A program made the position numbers and the translations under genes. Below the pieces are notes generated by a model that was given only the letters and a program-made list of their open reading frames with translations, was not told the DNA's origin and did not search any database. 58,403 bases of DNA from an uncultured Bacilli bacterium (GTDB taxonomy: Bacteria; Bacillota_I; Bacilli_A; RF39; UBA660). This document shows, piece by piece, positions 1 through 9,895 of the stretch (the first letter of the stretch is position 1; the number at the start of each line of letters is the position of its first letter). Location: assembly GCA_947627635.1 (NCBI GenBank), contig CANQWT010000002.1, positions 1-58,403 of the forward strand, read 5' to 3'.

Positions 1-366
1 TACTACTCCTTCTTCTGTTGGTGGGATATCCTTTGTATCCTTATAATAATTGATATGTACTTTCTCACTGATATTATTTTCATAGTAGAAATTATATTTT
101 GCATTCCTTTCATTATTATTAGTTAGGGTTATTGTTATATCTTTACTACTATCTTTTGGTACTGTTATCTTATTATCTTTGAACTCTTTGTCTTCTGAAG
201 ATAGTGTTGCAGGTAATGTTCCTGTGATTATCCTTATGGCTTCTTTCTGTTCCTTATTCACTGTGAACATAGCATAGCTCACGCAGCCTATTACTACAAA
301 CAAGCTTATTATCCCTACTACTATCAAATAACTTTTTTCTATCCTTCTTTTCTTTAACAATTTCAT
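1..366 (-). CDS. Partial CDS (first 122 codons; 3' end off the left edge): secreted protein with SipW/TasA-type signal peptide
   Basis: Own reverse-strand translation from ATG at 366-364: MKLLKKRRIEKSYLIVVGIISLFVVIGCVSYAMFTVNKEQKEAIRIITGTLPATL..., open to position 1. TM segment then A-x-F-T ... I-T-G-T-L motif as in the paralogs at 37.7-42.7 kb. Missing from the ORF track because the window edge truncates it. Confidence 0.5.
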   Translation of the reverse strand, partial: MKLLKKRRIEKSYLIVVGIISLFVVIGCVSYAMFTVNKEQKEAIRIITGTLPATLSSEDKEFKDNKITVPKDSSKDITITLTNNNERNAKYNFYYENNISEKVHINYYKDTKDIPPTEEGVV

Positions 367-475
367 ATGACACCTCTATTCTAGTGTCATTATATCTTAT
401 TAAAAGTACCCCCCGATTTATGAAATTTTGGAATATAATTTTAACAAATAGCGTAATCAAAAAAGAACAAGTATA

Positions 476-1411
476 CTACTTTTCTACTTGTTCACTCAAT
501 TTTTTAGCTAACTCTTTAATTTTTCTAAAACGATGACTAAGACCTGATTTTGTAATAGGCTTTCTTGTCTCATAAGAAATAATCTCTGCGAGTTCTTTTA
601 AAGAAGCTTCTCTATATTTCTTACGATAAATAAGTGCCTCTTGGGTCTTTTCATCCAATAAATCAACACCCATATATTTTTCAATGACCTCAATGGCTTT
701 CAACTGTTCCATTGCTGTTTCTATTACTTTATCCACATTAGCCTGTTCACAATTATTTAATCGATTTGTATAATTTTTCTGATTTCTATAAATACGAATA
801 TCCTCATAATAAAGTACAGCATTCATTGCACCAATTAACTTTAAAAAATCACTAATACACTCTGCTTCTTTAATATATATCATATAGCCTTTATCACGAT
901 TTAGTAGTTTTGCATTTAAATCAAATAAATTCAAAAGCTTTTGGACAAATATAGCTTCTTGAGGTTGTTCTATCAATATTTCCATATGGTATCTCGATGT
1001 TTTTGGGTCATTGATACTTCCTCTTGCTAAAAAAACACCTTTTAGGTAAGCCCTGATTTCCGCATTTCCATCAATGAAATAAAGTGGAGGATTTTCTAAA
1101 TAAACTTGATTATGTTGATATCCTACCTTTTCTAATAAAAAAGAATTTTCTTTGGAAAGTGTAATCATTTGTAACTCATTTTTACTAAAATTCTTGTTTT
1201 CTTTAACTTCAATTGCTATAGAAATATCTAATATTCTCTCTAACTGATTTTTTAAAAACTCCATCAGTTTTAAATTTTCATTTGCGAAATAAATATGATT
1301 TTCTGTAATTTCAATATTATTTCTTATAAAACCTGATAAACAAGCAAGAAGCTCTGTTTCACTAAAAGATGTGTCTAAAATTTCATTTTTAACTTTAGTC
1401 GTAAAAGACAT
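476..1411 (-). CDS. whiA: DNA-binding protein WhiA
   Basis: 311 aa; MSFTTKVKNEI... N-terminus, LAGLIDADG-like middle and C-terminal HTH typical of WhiA; conserved yvcK-whiA pairing. Confidence 0.9.
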   Translation of the reverse strand: MSFTTKVKNEILDTSFSETELLACLSGFIRNNIEITENHIYFANENLKLMEFLKNQLERILDISIAIEVKENKNFSKNELQMITLSKENSFLLEKVGYQHNQVYLENPPLYFIDGNAEIRAYLKGVFLARGSINDPKTSRYHMEILIEQPQEAIFVQKLLNLFDLNAKLLNRDKGYMIYIKEAECISDFLKLIGAMNAVLYYEDIRIYRNQKNYTNRLNNCEQANVDKVIETAMEQLKAIEVIEKYMGVDLLDEKTQEALIYRKKYREASLKELAEIISYETRKPITKSGLSHRFRKIKELAKKLSEQVEK

Positions 1412-1415
1412 AACA

Positions 1416-2366
1416 TCACCTCATCAAATAAGAAAAAATTAACGAACTTAGTCTCAAACTATGATGCTTTAAAGTATTATCATCAATGGTTAACAAATCT
1501 GCTTCAATTAACTCTACTGGAATAGATTTTAATTTATCATAATCAATTAAAACAGGGTCTTTTTGTTCTTTTGTTGCATATTGAATAGCCATTTCTTTTT
1601 TAATTTCTTTATTGTTTGCAATGACAACATCAATTTTACGTGTTCCTAAATATTGATTTAAAAAAGCAACATGGTCTCCTACTGTGAACCCATCTGTCTC
1701 ACCAGGTTGAGTAACAATATTACATAAATACATTAAAGGAGCATGACTTTGGGAAATAGCATCCCTCACTTCTTTTGATAAAATGTGAGGTAAAATAGAA
1801 GTATATAAACTCCCCATACTAAAAACCAATAAATCAGCACTTTCAATTGCTTGAAGTACTTCTTTTAAAACATGAGGTTCCTTCTCATAATAAATTCTCT
1901 TTTTCTTTAGAGTTGTTTTGGTAATTGCTTCTTCTCCACAAATAATCGTTCCATCACTTGCTTCAGCCATTAAAGTAATATCAGCTTCTTCTGATAATGG
2001 TAAAACTTTATGACGAACATCTAATAATTTTGATAAATAGAGAATGGACTTTCTAAAACTTCCTGTCATATCAAGCATTGCTGTTAAAATGAGGTTTCCT
2101 AAGGCATGTCCATCCAAATCACTGGTTGTATGAAAACGATATTCTAAAATATCTTTGATTTTAGTATCAATAGTAGATAGGCTCGTAATTACTTTTCTAA
2201 CATCTCCAACTGCTGGAGTTTGAAATTCTTCTCGTAGTTTTCCTGTGCTTTGTCCATTATCTGATACAGAAATGACTGCGGTAATCTCAACAGGAAAGTC
2301 TTTTAATCCTTTTAGTAAATAACTAATTCCTGTACCACCACCAAAGACAACAATTTTCTTATACAT
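1416..2366 (-). CDS. yvcK: Gluconeogenesis factor YvcK (CofD-like, UPF0052)
   Basis: 316 aa; N-terminal VVFGGGTG motif; directly upstream of whiA. Confidence 0.9.
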   Translation of the reverse strand: MYKKIVVFGGGTGISYLLKGLKDFPVEITAVISVSDNGQSTGKLREEFQTPAVGDVRKVITSLSTIDTKIKDILEYRFHTTSDLDGHALGNLILTAMLDMTGSFRKSILYLSKLLDVRHKVLPLSEEADITLMAEASDGTIICGEEAITKTTLKKKRIYYEKEPHVLKEVLQAIESADLLVFSMGSLYTSILPHILSKEVRDAISQSHAPLMYLCNIVTQPGETDGFTVGDHVAFLNQYLGTRKIDVVIANNKEIKKEMAIQYATKEQKDPVLIDYDKLKSIPVELIEADLLTIDDNTLKHHSLRLSSLIFSYLMR

Positions 2367-2386
2367 TTGTATCGCTCCTTGTCTTC

Positions 2387-3190
2387 CTATTCAATTTTAC
2401 TTTTATGATAAAGATTTTGAAATTTATTTTTGGTACCTTTTCTAAAGAAACACAAATAACTACCAAGCCCTATTAAAGCTAAAGAAACAAGTTGGGCTAC
2501 CTTAAAGTTTCCTAGCATTAAACTATCTGTTCGTAAGGCTTCAATAAAAAATCTACCACAAGAATACCAAATCAAATAGCTACCAGTTAATTGTCCAATG
2601 TGCAAATACTTGTTTTTTCGAAGAAATAAAAGAACGAAAAATCCTGCCAAATCCCATAATGATTCATATAAAAAGGTTGGTTGATGATAGGCTCCATTGA
2701 TATACATACCCTCAATAATAAACTTAGGAAGACCCTGTGATACTAAAGATGCTCTACTAACAATTTTTCCAAAAGCTTCTCCATTAAAGAAATTGCCCCA
2801 TCTTCCTACCGCTTGTCCAATAAGTAAGCCTACTACAACAATATCTAATATTTTAAGGGTAGACTGTTTGTATTTCTTTGTATGATAGAGGATAGTCAGT
2901 CCTCCAAAAAGGATGCCTCCATGTATGGCAAGACCTCCTTCCCAAATTTGAAAAACTTCTAAAATATGATGACTATAGTAGGAAAAGTTAAAAAGGCAAT
3001 AATATAATCTTGCCCCAATAATTCCAAAAATTACGGTATAAAATGCCATGTTCAAAAAGAAATCTACAGAAATTTTTTGTTGTTTGATTTCTTTATAAAT
3101 CACTATCATTGCAAGAAGTACTCCTAAGAAGATAAAAAGAGAATACCAATAAATTTGAAAAAATCCTAAATCTAAAAATACTCTATTCAT
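2387..3190 (-). CDS. lgt: Prolipoprotein diacylglyceryl transferase
   Basis: Polytopic membrane protein with Lgt-like GGLAIHGG and GRWGNFFNGE blocks. Start moved to ATG 3190 (GAAAGG 9 nt upstream), which removes the overlap with the upstream ORF. Confidence 0.9.
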   Translation of the reverse strand: MNRVFLDLGFFQIYWYSLFIFLGVLLAMIVIYKEIKQQKISVDFFLNMAFYTVIFGIIGARLYYCLFNFSYYSHHILEVFQIWEGGLAIHGGILFGGLTILYHTKKYKQSTLKILDIVVVGLLIGQAVGRWGNFFNGEAFGKIVSRASLVSQGLPKFIIEGMYINGAYHQPTFLYESLWDLAGFFVLLFLRKNKYLHIGQLTGSYLIWYSCGRFFIEALRTDSLMLGNFKVAQLVSLALIGLGSYLCFFRKGTKNKFQNLYHKSKIE

Positions 3191-3611
3191 AAGTATGAAC
3201 CTTTCTAATAATTGGTTTAACAAAGAAGAAATCCATTAAAGCATTCATGACAGAAATTAAAATGGCAATAAAGAAAGCTATCCAAATATCTTCTAAGTTA
3301 AAGTGACTACCTAATATCCAGTCGGTAAGTTTTAAAATAAACAAGTTAATGCATGGATAAAAAAGCCCTAAAGTAAGTCCTGTAATAGGAATAGTCAAAG
3401 TAACTAAAAGTGGTTTAATTGTCTTATTTAAAATAACAATGATAATGACTGCTAGAACGCCATAAATATAAGGATGAGATAAATCAATATAAAAGGAATG
3501 AAATAAAGAGGAAACAAGTAAAAAAATAAGGGTATAACAGACTAGATAAAGCATCCAGTCAAAGAATATAAATAGACCTTTTTTCCCTTTTTTAAACAAG
3601 TTGTGCTTCAT
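3183..3611 (-). CDS. Small 4-TM membrane protein, YvlD / phage-holin-family-IV-like
   Basis: 142 aa; block LNKTIKPLLVTLTIPITGLTLGLF...INLF resembles the PF04020 core. Recognised from memory only. Confidence 0.55.
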   Translation of the reverse strand: MKHNLFKKGKKGLFIFFDWMLYLVCYTLIFLLVSSLFHSFYIDLSHPYIYGVLAVIIIVILNKTIKPLLVTLTIPITGLTLGLFYPCINLFILKLTDWILGSHFNLEDIWIAFFIAILISVMNALMDFFFVKPIIRKVHTYE

Positions 3612-3636
3612 TTTTTTACTCTCCTCAATTTCTTTA

Positions 3637-6450
3637 TTATAAAACCTTTTTTAAAAATTTACCGGTATAAGAATTTTCATTTTGACTAACTTCTTCAGGA
3701 GTTCCTGTGGCAATAACTCTTCCACCAAAGTCTCCTCCTTCAGGTCCTAAGTCAATAATATAGTCTGCGACTTTTATCACATCTAAATTATGTTCAATTA
3801 CAATGACCGTATCTTTATTATCTACTATTTTTTGTAAAATTGCAAGTAAGCGCTTAATGTCATGTGTATGAAGTCCAGTCGTTGGTTCATCCAAAACAAA
3901 GAGTGTCTTTCCTGTTGCTTTCTTTTGTAATTCTTTTGCAAGTTTTACTCGTTCTGCTTCTCCACCTGAAAGTGTTGGAGCACTTTGGCCTAATTTTATA
4001 TAGCCTAACCCTACGTCATCTAAGACTTTTAATTTATTGATAATTTTTGGATGATTTTCAAAGAAAGTCAAAGCTTCACTTACTCTCATTTCTAGGACTT
4101 CAGCAATATTTTTACCTTTATATTTTATTTTTAAAGTTTCACTGTTATACCGAGTACCGTGACAGATTTCACAAGGAACATAAACGTCTGGGAGGAAATG
4201 CATCTCAATTTTTTTAACACCATCTCCACGGCAAGCTTCACAACGTCCGCCTTTCACATTAAAGGAAAAACGATTTTTTTCAAAGCCTTGCATTTTAGCT
4301 TCTTTAGTTGTTGTGAATAGCTCACGGATATCATCAAACACACCTGTATAAGTCGCAGGATTACTTCTTGGCGTTCTACCAATTGGACTTTGCGAAATCT
4401 CTACCAACTTATCAATATTTTGAATACCTAAAACGTTCTTGTGTTTTCCAGGCTTTACTTTAGACTGATAAATTGTAGAAGCTATTTTCTTACAGAGAAT
4501 TTCATTGATTAAAGAACTTTTTCCACTTCCTGATACTCCTGTTATACAAGTAAATGTTCCAAGAGGGATTTTTACATCAATATTTTTTAAATTATTCTCC
4601 GCAGCACCTTTAATCTCCAAATATTTTTTATTGCCTTTTCTTCTTGTTTTTGGAGTTTCTACACATAATTTTCCACTTAAATACTTTCCTGTTAAACTTT
4701 TTTCATTGTTCATAACTTCTTGAGGAGTTCCACAAGCAACGATTTCTCCACCTGCATCTCCTGCTAGAGGACCAACATCTACAAGATAGTCTGCTGCAAG
4801 CATTGTATCAGTATCATGTTCTACTACAATTAAAGTATTTCCTAAATCACGCATCTCAAGAAGTGAGCGGATTAGACGGTCATTATCTCGTTGATGAAGT
4901 CCAATAGAAGGCTCATCTAATACATAAAGAACCCCTGTTAATCGTGAACCAATTTGAGTAGCTAATCTAATTCGTTGTGCTTCCCCACCTGACAATGTTC
5001 CTGCACTTCTAGCTAATGTAAGATATGTAAGACCAACGTTGGATAAAAATTTGAGGCGAGATAAGATTTCTTTTAGTAGTAAATCAGCAATTTGTTTTTG
5101 TTCTTCAGTTAATTTTAAATTTTCAAAGAATGGAACTAAATCTCCAATACTCATACAAGTCACATCATAGATACTCTTTCCACCTACTAAAACAGATAAA
5201 ATATCATCTTTAAGTCTAGCTCCATGACAAGTTTCACATTCTTGTTCTATCATGTATCGCTCAAGCCAGTCTCGTATCCATGTCGAAGTAGTTTCCATAT
5301 AACGACGTTCTAAGTTATTTAAAACTCCTTCATAATACTCTTTCTGATTTGTAATATTCCCACTTTTGGAAGCATAATGAAACTCGATAGGAACATCACT
5401 TCCATATAAAATGTAATTTTTTTCTTTCTTAGAAAGCTTACCATAAGGTTTATCCATATCGATTTTATAGTGTTTGCATAAACATTCTAAGCGTTTGAAA
5501 TAAATATTGTCATGGTCATCTCCCATTGTTGTAATCGCAAATTGGTTGATAGATAAATCTTTATTTGGAATGACTAAATCTTCATCAATGCGAAGCTTAA
5601 TCCCTAAACCTTTACAGTCAGGACAGGCACCAAACGGAGCATTAAAGCTGAAAATTCTAGGTTCTAATTCAGGAAGAGAGAACTCACAATAAGGACATGC
5701 AAAAGCTTCTGAAAAGACAACTTCCTTTGCATCTTCTCCTAAGAATTGTATCACTACTTTTCCATGAGATAATTTGGTAGCAGCTTCAATGGATTCTGAT
5801 AGCCTTCCTTTACTATCTTCTTTCAAAACAATACGATCAATAACAACGTCAATGTTATCTTTTTTATTTTTGTCTAGGTTTATTTCTTCTCCAAGGTCAT
5901 ACATTTCACCATTGATACGAACTCTAATGTAACCTTCTTTCTGGAGAGTTTCAAGTAACTCTTTATGAGTTCCTTTTTCACCATGGACAACAGGACTTAA
6001 AATAACGAGTTTAGTTCCAAGGGGATATTCCATTACTTTATTAGCCATCTCTTCTACACTTTGTCGTTCAATAGGAATATGATGATTTGGACAATATGGA
6101 ACTCCAATACGAGCAAATAAAAGACGAAGGTAATCATAAATTTCCGTAACGGTTCCTACAGTACTTCTTGGATTTTTAGAAGTGGTTTTTTGATCTATAC
6201 TAATCGCAGGTGATAATCCTTCAATACTATCTACATCAGGCTTTTCAGTCCCACCTAAAAATTGTCTAGCATAACTAGATAAACTTTCTACATAGCGGCG
6301 TTGACCTTCAGCATAAATTGTATCAAAAGCAAGGGAACTCTTTCCACTTCCTGACACTCCTGTCATAACTATCAACTTATTTTTAGGAAGCGTAATGTTT
6401 ACATTCTTTAAATTATTTTCACGAGCTCCTTTTACTATAATTTCATCCAT
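3637..6450 (-). CDS. uvrA: Excinuclease ABC subunit A
   Basis: 937 aa; two ABC ATPase modules (GVSGSGKSS twice, LSGGEAQR / LSGGEAER) and zinc-finger CxxC pairs. Confidence 0.97.
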   Translation of the reverse strand: MDEIIVKGARENNLKNVNITLPKNKLIVMTGVSGSGKSSLAFDTIYAEGQRRYVESLSSYARQFLGGTEKPDVDSIEGLSPAISIDQKTTSKNPRSTVGTVTEIYDYLRLLFARIGVPYCPNHHIPIERQSVEEMANKVMEYPLGTKLVILSPVVHGEKGTHKELLETLQKEGYIRVRINGEMYDLGEEINLDKNKKDNIDVVIDRIVLKEDSKGRLSESIEAATKLSHGKVVIQFLGEDAKEVVFSEAFACPYCEFSLPELEPRIFSFNAPFGACPDCKGLGIKLRIDEDLVIPNKDLSINQFAITTMGDDHDNIYFKRLECLCKHYKIDMDKPYGKLSKKEKNYILYGSDVPIEFHYASKSGNITNQKEYYEGVLNNLERRYMETTSTWIRDWLERYMIEQECETCHGARLKDDILSVLVGGKSIYDVTCMSIGDLVPFFENLKLTEEQKQIADLLLKEILSRLKFLSNVGLTYLTLARSAGTLSGGEAQRIRLATQIGSRLTGVLYVLDEPSIGLHQRDNDRLIRSLLEMRDLGNTLIVVEHDTDTMLAADYLVDVGPLAGDAGGEIVACGTPQEVMNNEKSLTGKYLSGKLCVETPKTRRKGNKKYLEIKGAAENNLKNIDVKIPLGTFTCITGVSGSGKSSLINEILCKKIASTIYQSKVKPGKHKNVLGIQNIDKLVEISQSPIGRTPRSNPATYTGVFDDIRELFTTTKEAKMQGFEKNRFSFNVKGGRCEACRGDGVKKIEMHFLPDVYVPCEICHGTRYNSETLKIKYKGKNIAEVLEMRVSEALTFFENHPKIINKLKVLDDVGLGYIKLGQSAPTLSGGEAERVKLAKELQKKATGKTLFVLDEPTTGLHTHDIKRLLAILQKIVDNKDTVIVIEHNLDVIKVADYIIDLGPEGGDFGGRVIATGTPEEVSQNENSYTGKFLKKVL

Positions 6451-6482
6451 AATAACACCTCATAAACAGGCTTATTATAGCA

Positions 6483-6496
6483 CGAATAAATGTACG
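6483..6496. promoter_or_regulatory. Possible degenerate LexA (Cheo-type) box upstream of uvrA
   Basis: CGAATAAATGTACG versus Bacillus consensus CGAAC-N4-GTTCG (two core mismatches); about 35 nt upstream of the uvrA start. Confidence 0.25.
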
Positions 6497-6606
6497 TGTA
6501 AATAGAGAAAAAGAAAAAAGATAAATCTACTATAAGCTGTTCATATATACTTATCATTTATCTTTCTTTTTATTCAACTCTAGTATAAAAGTAAAGTGGG
6601 CTTCTA

Positions 6607-7158
6607 TTATTTCAAGTTTAATCCATCGCTAAATGCTTCTCCAACTCTTTCTACTACTTTATAATATCCATGTGTATAAGGGTCAAAGGCAATTGCGGAA
6701 ACTTTAGAAATATCTAAATGTTCACCATCCATTACACTTTCAAGAACACTAATGTTGACTACATTTCCAATAACGTCATAGTCTCCATACTCTACAAACT
6801 CACACTCCATACAAATTGGAAATTCGTTGATAATTGGAGCATCAACATTTTCTGATTTTGTTACAGATAGACCACTTTTTTCAAATTTATTAGGAGTGTT
6901 ATTACCAGATACCATTCCAAAATAATCAGCTTCTACTACATGACTACTATCAGCAATACTCACAGTAAATGCTTTTCTCTTTTTTATATTTTCTACTGTC
7001 TTATGTGTTTCTGTTAAATTTAAAAGGACTTGATTTCTTTCTGCCATAGTTCCCCATGCAGCATTCATGACATTCACACTTCCATCTTCATTATAAGTTG
7101 CTATCATAAGTACTGGCATTGGAAATATACCTTCTGTTATTTTAATATTTTTTCTCAT
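6607..7158 (-). CDS. Flavin reductase-like (flavoredoxin) domain protein
   Basis: 183 aa from ATG 7158 (AGGAGGAG 7 nt upstream); FMN-binding split-barrel-like sequence (PMPVLMIATYNEDG...NVMNAAW). Confidence 0.7.
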   Translation of the reverse strand: MRKNIKITEGIFPMPVLMIATYNEDGSVNVMNAAWGTMAERNQVLLNLTETHKTVENIKKRKAFTVSIADSSHVVEADYFGMVSGNNTPNKFEKSGLSVTKSENVDAPIINEFPICMECEFVEYGDYDVIGNVVNISVLESVMDGEHLDISKVSAIAFDPYTHGYYKVVERVGEAFSDGLNLK

Positions 7159-7240
7159 TTTCTTTCTCCTCCTACTCTTCATTCTATCACGAGTTAATAT
7201 TTAAAACCACTCCAATAAAACTTATACTTTATTAAATTTT

Positions 7241-7891
7241 TCATGAGCTCTTAGCATTGATAATAAACTTTTCAACTTTACTTTTATCTTTCATACCAAA
7301 TTCGTTTTTACATCCACTATTAACATCTACTCCATATGGATGAGCTAATAAAATCGCTTGTTTTACATTATCAGGATTTAAGCCACCCGCTAAAAAAACT
7401 GGCTTATTTAATTTTTTTATCAATTCTGAACTCTTCTCCCAATTGTGAGTTAACCCAGTTCCACCAACCTGATTTGTTTTTAAGTTAAAACTATCTAATA
7501 AATAGTAATCTACATATTTCATTTTTTTATAATCGGTATATATTTTCCCATCTTTAGAAATATGAATTAGTCTAACAAGTTTTACATCTGGTAATGATTT
7601 ATATATTTTTTCTACTTCATCTTCTTCAATATCAGAATGTAATTGAATAACATTATTTCCAATAAATTTTGTTAATTCAATTATTTTATCTGCATCGGTT
7701 AAATGTGTAACTAGAGAAACATCACATCTTTTATTTACAAAGCTCGTTATTTCTTTAGCTTTATATGGATCAATAAAATCATTACTATTATGTTCCTGTC
7801 CAACTAATATACCTATTATATCAGCTCCTGCATCTAAACACATTTTAGCTTCATCAACACTTTTATTCGCACATATTTTTACTTTAACCAT
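7241..7891 (-). CDS. Phosphoribosylanthranilate isomerase-like (TrpF/PRAI family) protein
   Basis: 216 aa; aligns by eye with B. subtilis TrpF blocks (KICA.., IQLHS, GGTG..H.W, LAGGLNPDNV, GVDVNSG). No other trp genes in the window. Confidence 0.7.
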   Translation of the reverse strand: MVKVKICANKSVDEAKMCLDAGADIIGILVGQEHNSNDFIDPYKAKEITSFVNKRCDVSLVTHLTDADKIIELTKFIGNNVIQLHSDIEEDEVEKIYKSLPDVKLVRLIHISKDGKIYTDYKKMKYVDYYLLDSFNLKTNQVGGTGLTHNWEKSSELIKKLNKPVFLAGGLNPDNVKQAILLAHPYGVDVNSGCKNEFGMKDKSKVEKFIINAKSS

Positions 7892-8786
7892 AAATGGCTT
7901 TCTCCTTTTCTACACTCGTTTGCTTCCACAACATTTTATTGTTTTTAAATTCATAACAGATTTTTTGTTCTTCTTGCAAATATGATAAATATGATTTTAT
8001 TGTACTTCCTACCAAGACAAACTGATTTACATTCATATCTAAATGATACTCATCAAAAAAATATTTAAGTATCTCTTCAAAAGTCATAGGCTTTGCACAA
8101 ATTTCATAAATCTTATGAAGAACTTCTTCGATTTTCTTTTCATTCAAAGCAATTAAAGAAGAAATATCTGTTGTTGCCTCACAATGAGCAGGAATAAACA
8201 ACTTTCCTTTTAAAGTTTTTAAAATATTCAAAGTATTCAAATATTCTCTTACATCATATATAAAAAAGAAGTGATATTTCATTATCGTTTCTTCACTAAA
8301 GATAGCATCTGCAAGAAAATAGACGTCATCACTTGTTTTTATTCCTATCATATCAAAAGAATGTCCCTTTAAGGAAAATACTTCAAGGCCTTCTGGAAGA
8401 TGATTTTCAAGTGGTGTTACAACAGATGCTTTCGCTTGTAATGACTTGTTTCGAAGTTCTTTAAAAGGATAACTTCCATATAAAAAAGAAGGTTCTAATT
8501 CTGGAAATTCAGTAAAAGCTCGTTCTATACTGGAAGCAAGAATAACACAACCTGTCCTATCTTGAATGACTTTATTTCCGCCAATATGGTCAGCATGCGA
8601 ATGCGTATTGATAATTCCTTTTACATTCCAACCTTGCTCAGTTACAAGTTTTAATATTTTCTTACCCGCATCTTTATCATTTCCAGTATCAATGAAATAA
8701 ATATCCTTATCACTAATTTTATATATTCCAATATTTGTCGCATTTTGAATATAATACGTTTTTTCTCCTACTTTAACCAATTCCAT
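7884..8786 (-). CDS. MBL-fold metallo-hydrolase
   Basis: 300 aa; HSHADHIGG (HxHxDH) motif; 8-nt overlap with the downstream TrpF-like gene. Confidence 0.8.
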   Translation of the reverse strand: MELVKVGEKTYYIQNATNIGIYKISDKDIYFIDTGNDKDAGKKILKLVTEQGWNVKGIINTHSHADHIGGNKVIQDRTGCVILASSIERAFTEFPELEPSFLYGSYPFKELRNKSLQAKASVVTPLENHLPEGLEVFSLKGHSFDMIGIKTSDDVYFLADAIFSEETIMKYHFFFIYDVREYLNTLNILKTLKGKLFIPAHCEATTDISSLIALNEKKIEEVLHKIYEICAKPMTFEEILKYFFDEYHLDMNVNQFVLVGSTIKSYLSYLQEEQKICYEFKNNKMLWKQTSVEKEKAIYG

Positions 8787-8880
8787 TGAACTTCTCCTTA
8801 AATCTCTTTTTTCTCTTTCATTATAACATAGATTAAAGTCCTTTGCCTCTTAGAATGCATTTTCTTCTTATATTATTTTC

Positions 8881-8911
8881 CAAAAAGAAAGGGAACAATA
8901 TTTTCCCTTTC
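8881..8911 (-). terminator. Intrinsic terminator after the SDR gene
   Basis: 9-bp stem GAAAGGGAA/TTCCCTTTC (8887-8895 / 8903-8911) followed by a U-run on the minus strand. Confidence 0.6.
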
Positions 8912-8943
8912 CCAAACTACATTATATTGATTTCAGAAAAACA

Positions 8944-9822
8944 TTATCCTTTTACTTCTCCACCGTTAATGTGGAAAACTTGTCCTGTCGTATAACTTGC
9001 ATCATCACTTGCCAGATAAACAAAAATTGGAGCAATTTCATAAGGTTTCCCTCCTCTTTTCATTGGACAGTCTGCCGCTAAAAATGGAATTTTTTCTTTT
9101 TCCCAACAAGCAGGTTGTAAAGGTGTCCAGAAAAATCCAGGAGCTACAGCATTTACTCGAATATTTTTAGAAGCAACATTTGTAGATAAACTTCTAGTAA
9201 ATCCAACAATAGCACCTTTTGTTGTCACATAATCAATTAACTCAGGCTCTCCTTTAAAAGTCGTAATCGAAGTTACGTTGATAATCGAAGCACCACTTTG
9301 TAAATAAGGCATAGCTTCTTTGGTTAAGTAAAACATTCCATAAACATTCACTTTCATCGTATAGTCAAATTGTTCATCACTAATATCTTCTAGTCTCTTT
9401 TGTTGATACTGCACACCTGCGTTATTGACTAAAATATCTAGTTTTCCATAAGTCTTTATAACTTCTTCTATCAAGTGTTTACAAAAACAAGGCTTTGTTA
9501 CATCCCCTGATATTGCAATGACATCTCCACCAAAGGAACGAATATAATTGACTGTATCAGAAGCATCTTGTTCTTCATTCAAGTAGGAAATTACAACATG
9601 TGCACCTTCCTTCGCATAAGAAACGGCAACTGCCCTACCTAATCCTGAGTCACCTCCTGTAATTAAAGCCACTTTTCCTTCTAGTTTTCCTGATGGTTTA
9701 TAATTAGGATTATCAAAGATAGGAAGTGGGGTCATTAAATATTCATATCCTGGTTGTCTATCTTGATGCTGTTCTGGAAATTCCAATAAAAATTCTGTAC
9801 ATTTTTTACCAATTTGTTTCAT
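8944..9822 (-). CDS. SDR-family oxidoreductase (YhxC/YdaD general-stress type)
   Basis: TGGDSGLGRA glycine motif and YVTTK (YxxxK). Start trimmed to ATG 9822 (GGGTGA 5 nt upstream); the track's longer N-terminus lacks an RBS. Confidence 0.8.
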   Translation of the reverse strand: MKQIGKKCTEFLLEFPEQHQDRQPGYEYLMTPLPIFDNPNYKPSGKLEGKVALITGGDSGLGRAVAVSYAKEGAHVVISYLNEEQDASDTVNYIRSFGGDVIAISGDVTKPCFCKHLIEEVIKTYGKLDILVNNAGVQYQQKRLEDISDEQFDYTMKVNVYGMFYLTKEAMPYLQSGASIINVTSITTFKGEPELIDYVTTKGAIVGFTRSLSTNVASKNIRVNAVAPGFFWTPLQPACWEKEKIPFLAADCPMKRGGKPYEIAPIFVYLASDDASYTTGQVFHINGGEVKG

Positions 9823-9895
9823 TTTTTCACCCATTTTATTGTATTCCAATAGGAGAAATTTGGAACAAAAAAAGAACAAACAAATAAACTCTTTC

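Noticed and set aside
254-460. 68-aa minus-strand ORF in the supplied track
   Set aside because: It overlaps, in another frame, a better partial ORF (1-366) that has a TM signal peptide and family motifs. It has no RBS and an implausible sequence.
2697-2885. Numerous 60-115-aa plus-strand ORFs antisense to large minus-strand genes (e.g. 2697-2885, 4505-4723, 11192-11431, 24817-25014, 32483-32830, 36696-36983, 55715-55960, 56997-57287)
   Set aside because: They lie entirely within well-supported genes on the opposite strand. They lack RBSs and have the S/F/L/I-rich composition typical of antisense frames in AT-rich DNA.
3183-3611. Holin-family protein as evidence of a prophage
   Set aside because: It is a YvlD-type housekeeping membrane protein sitting between uvrA and lgt. 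There are no phage structural, lysis or integrase genes nearby.
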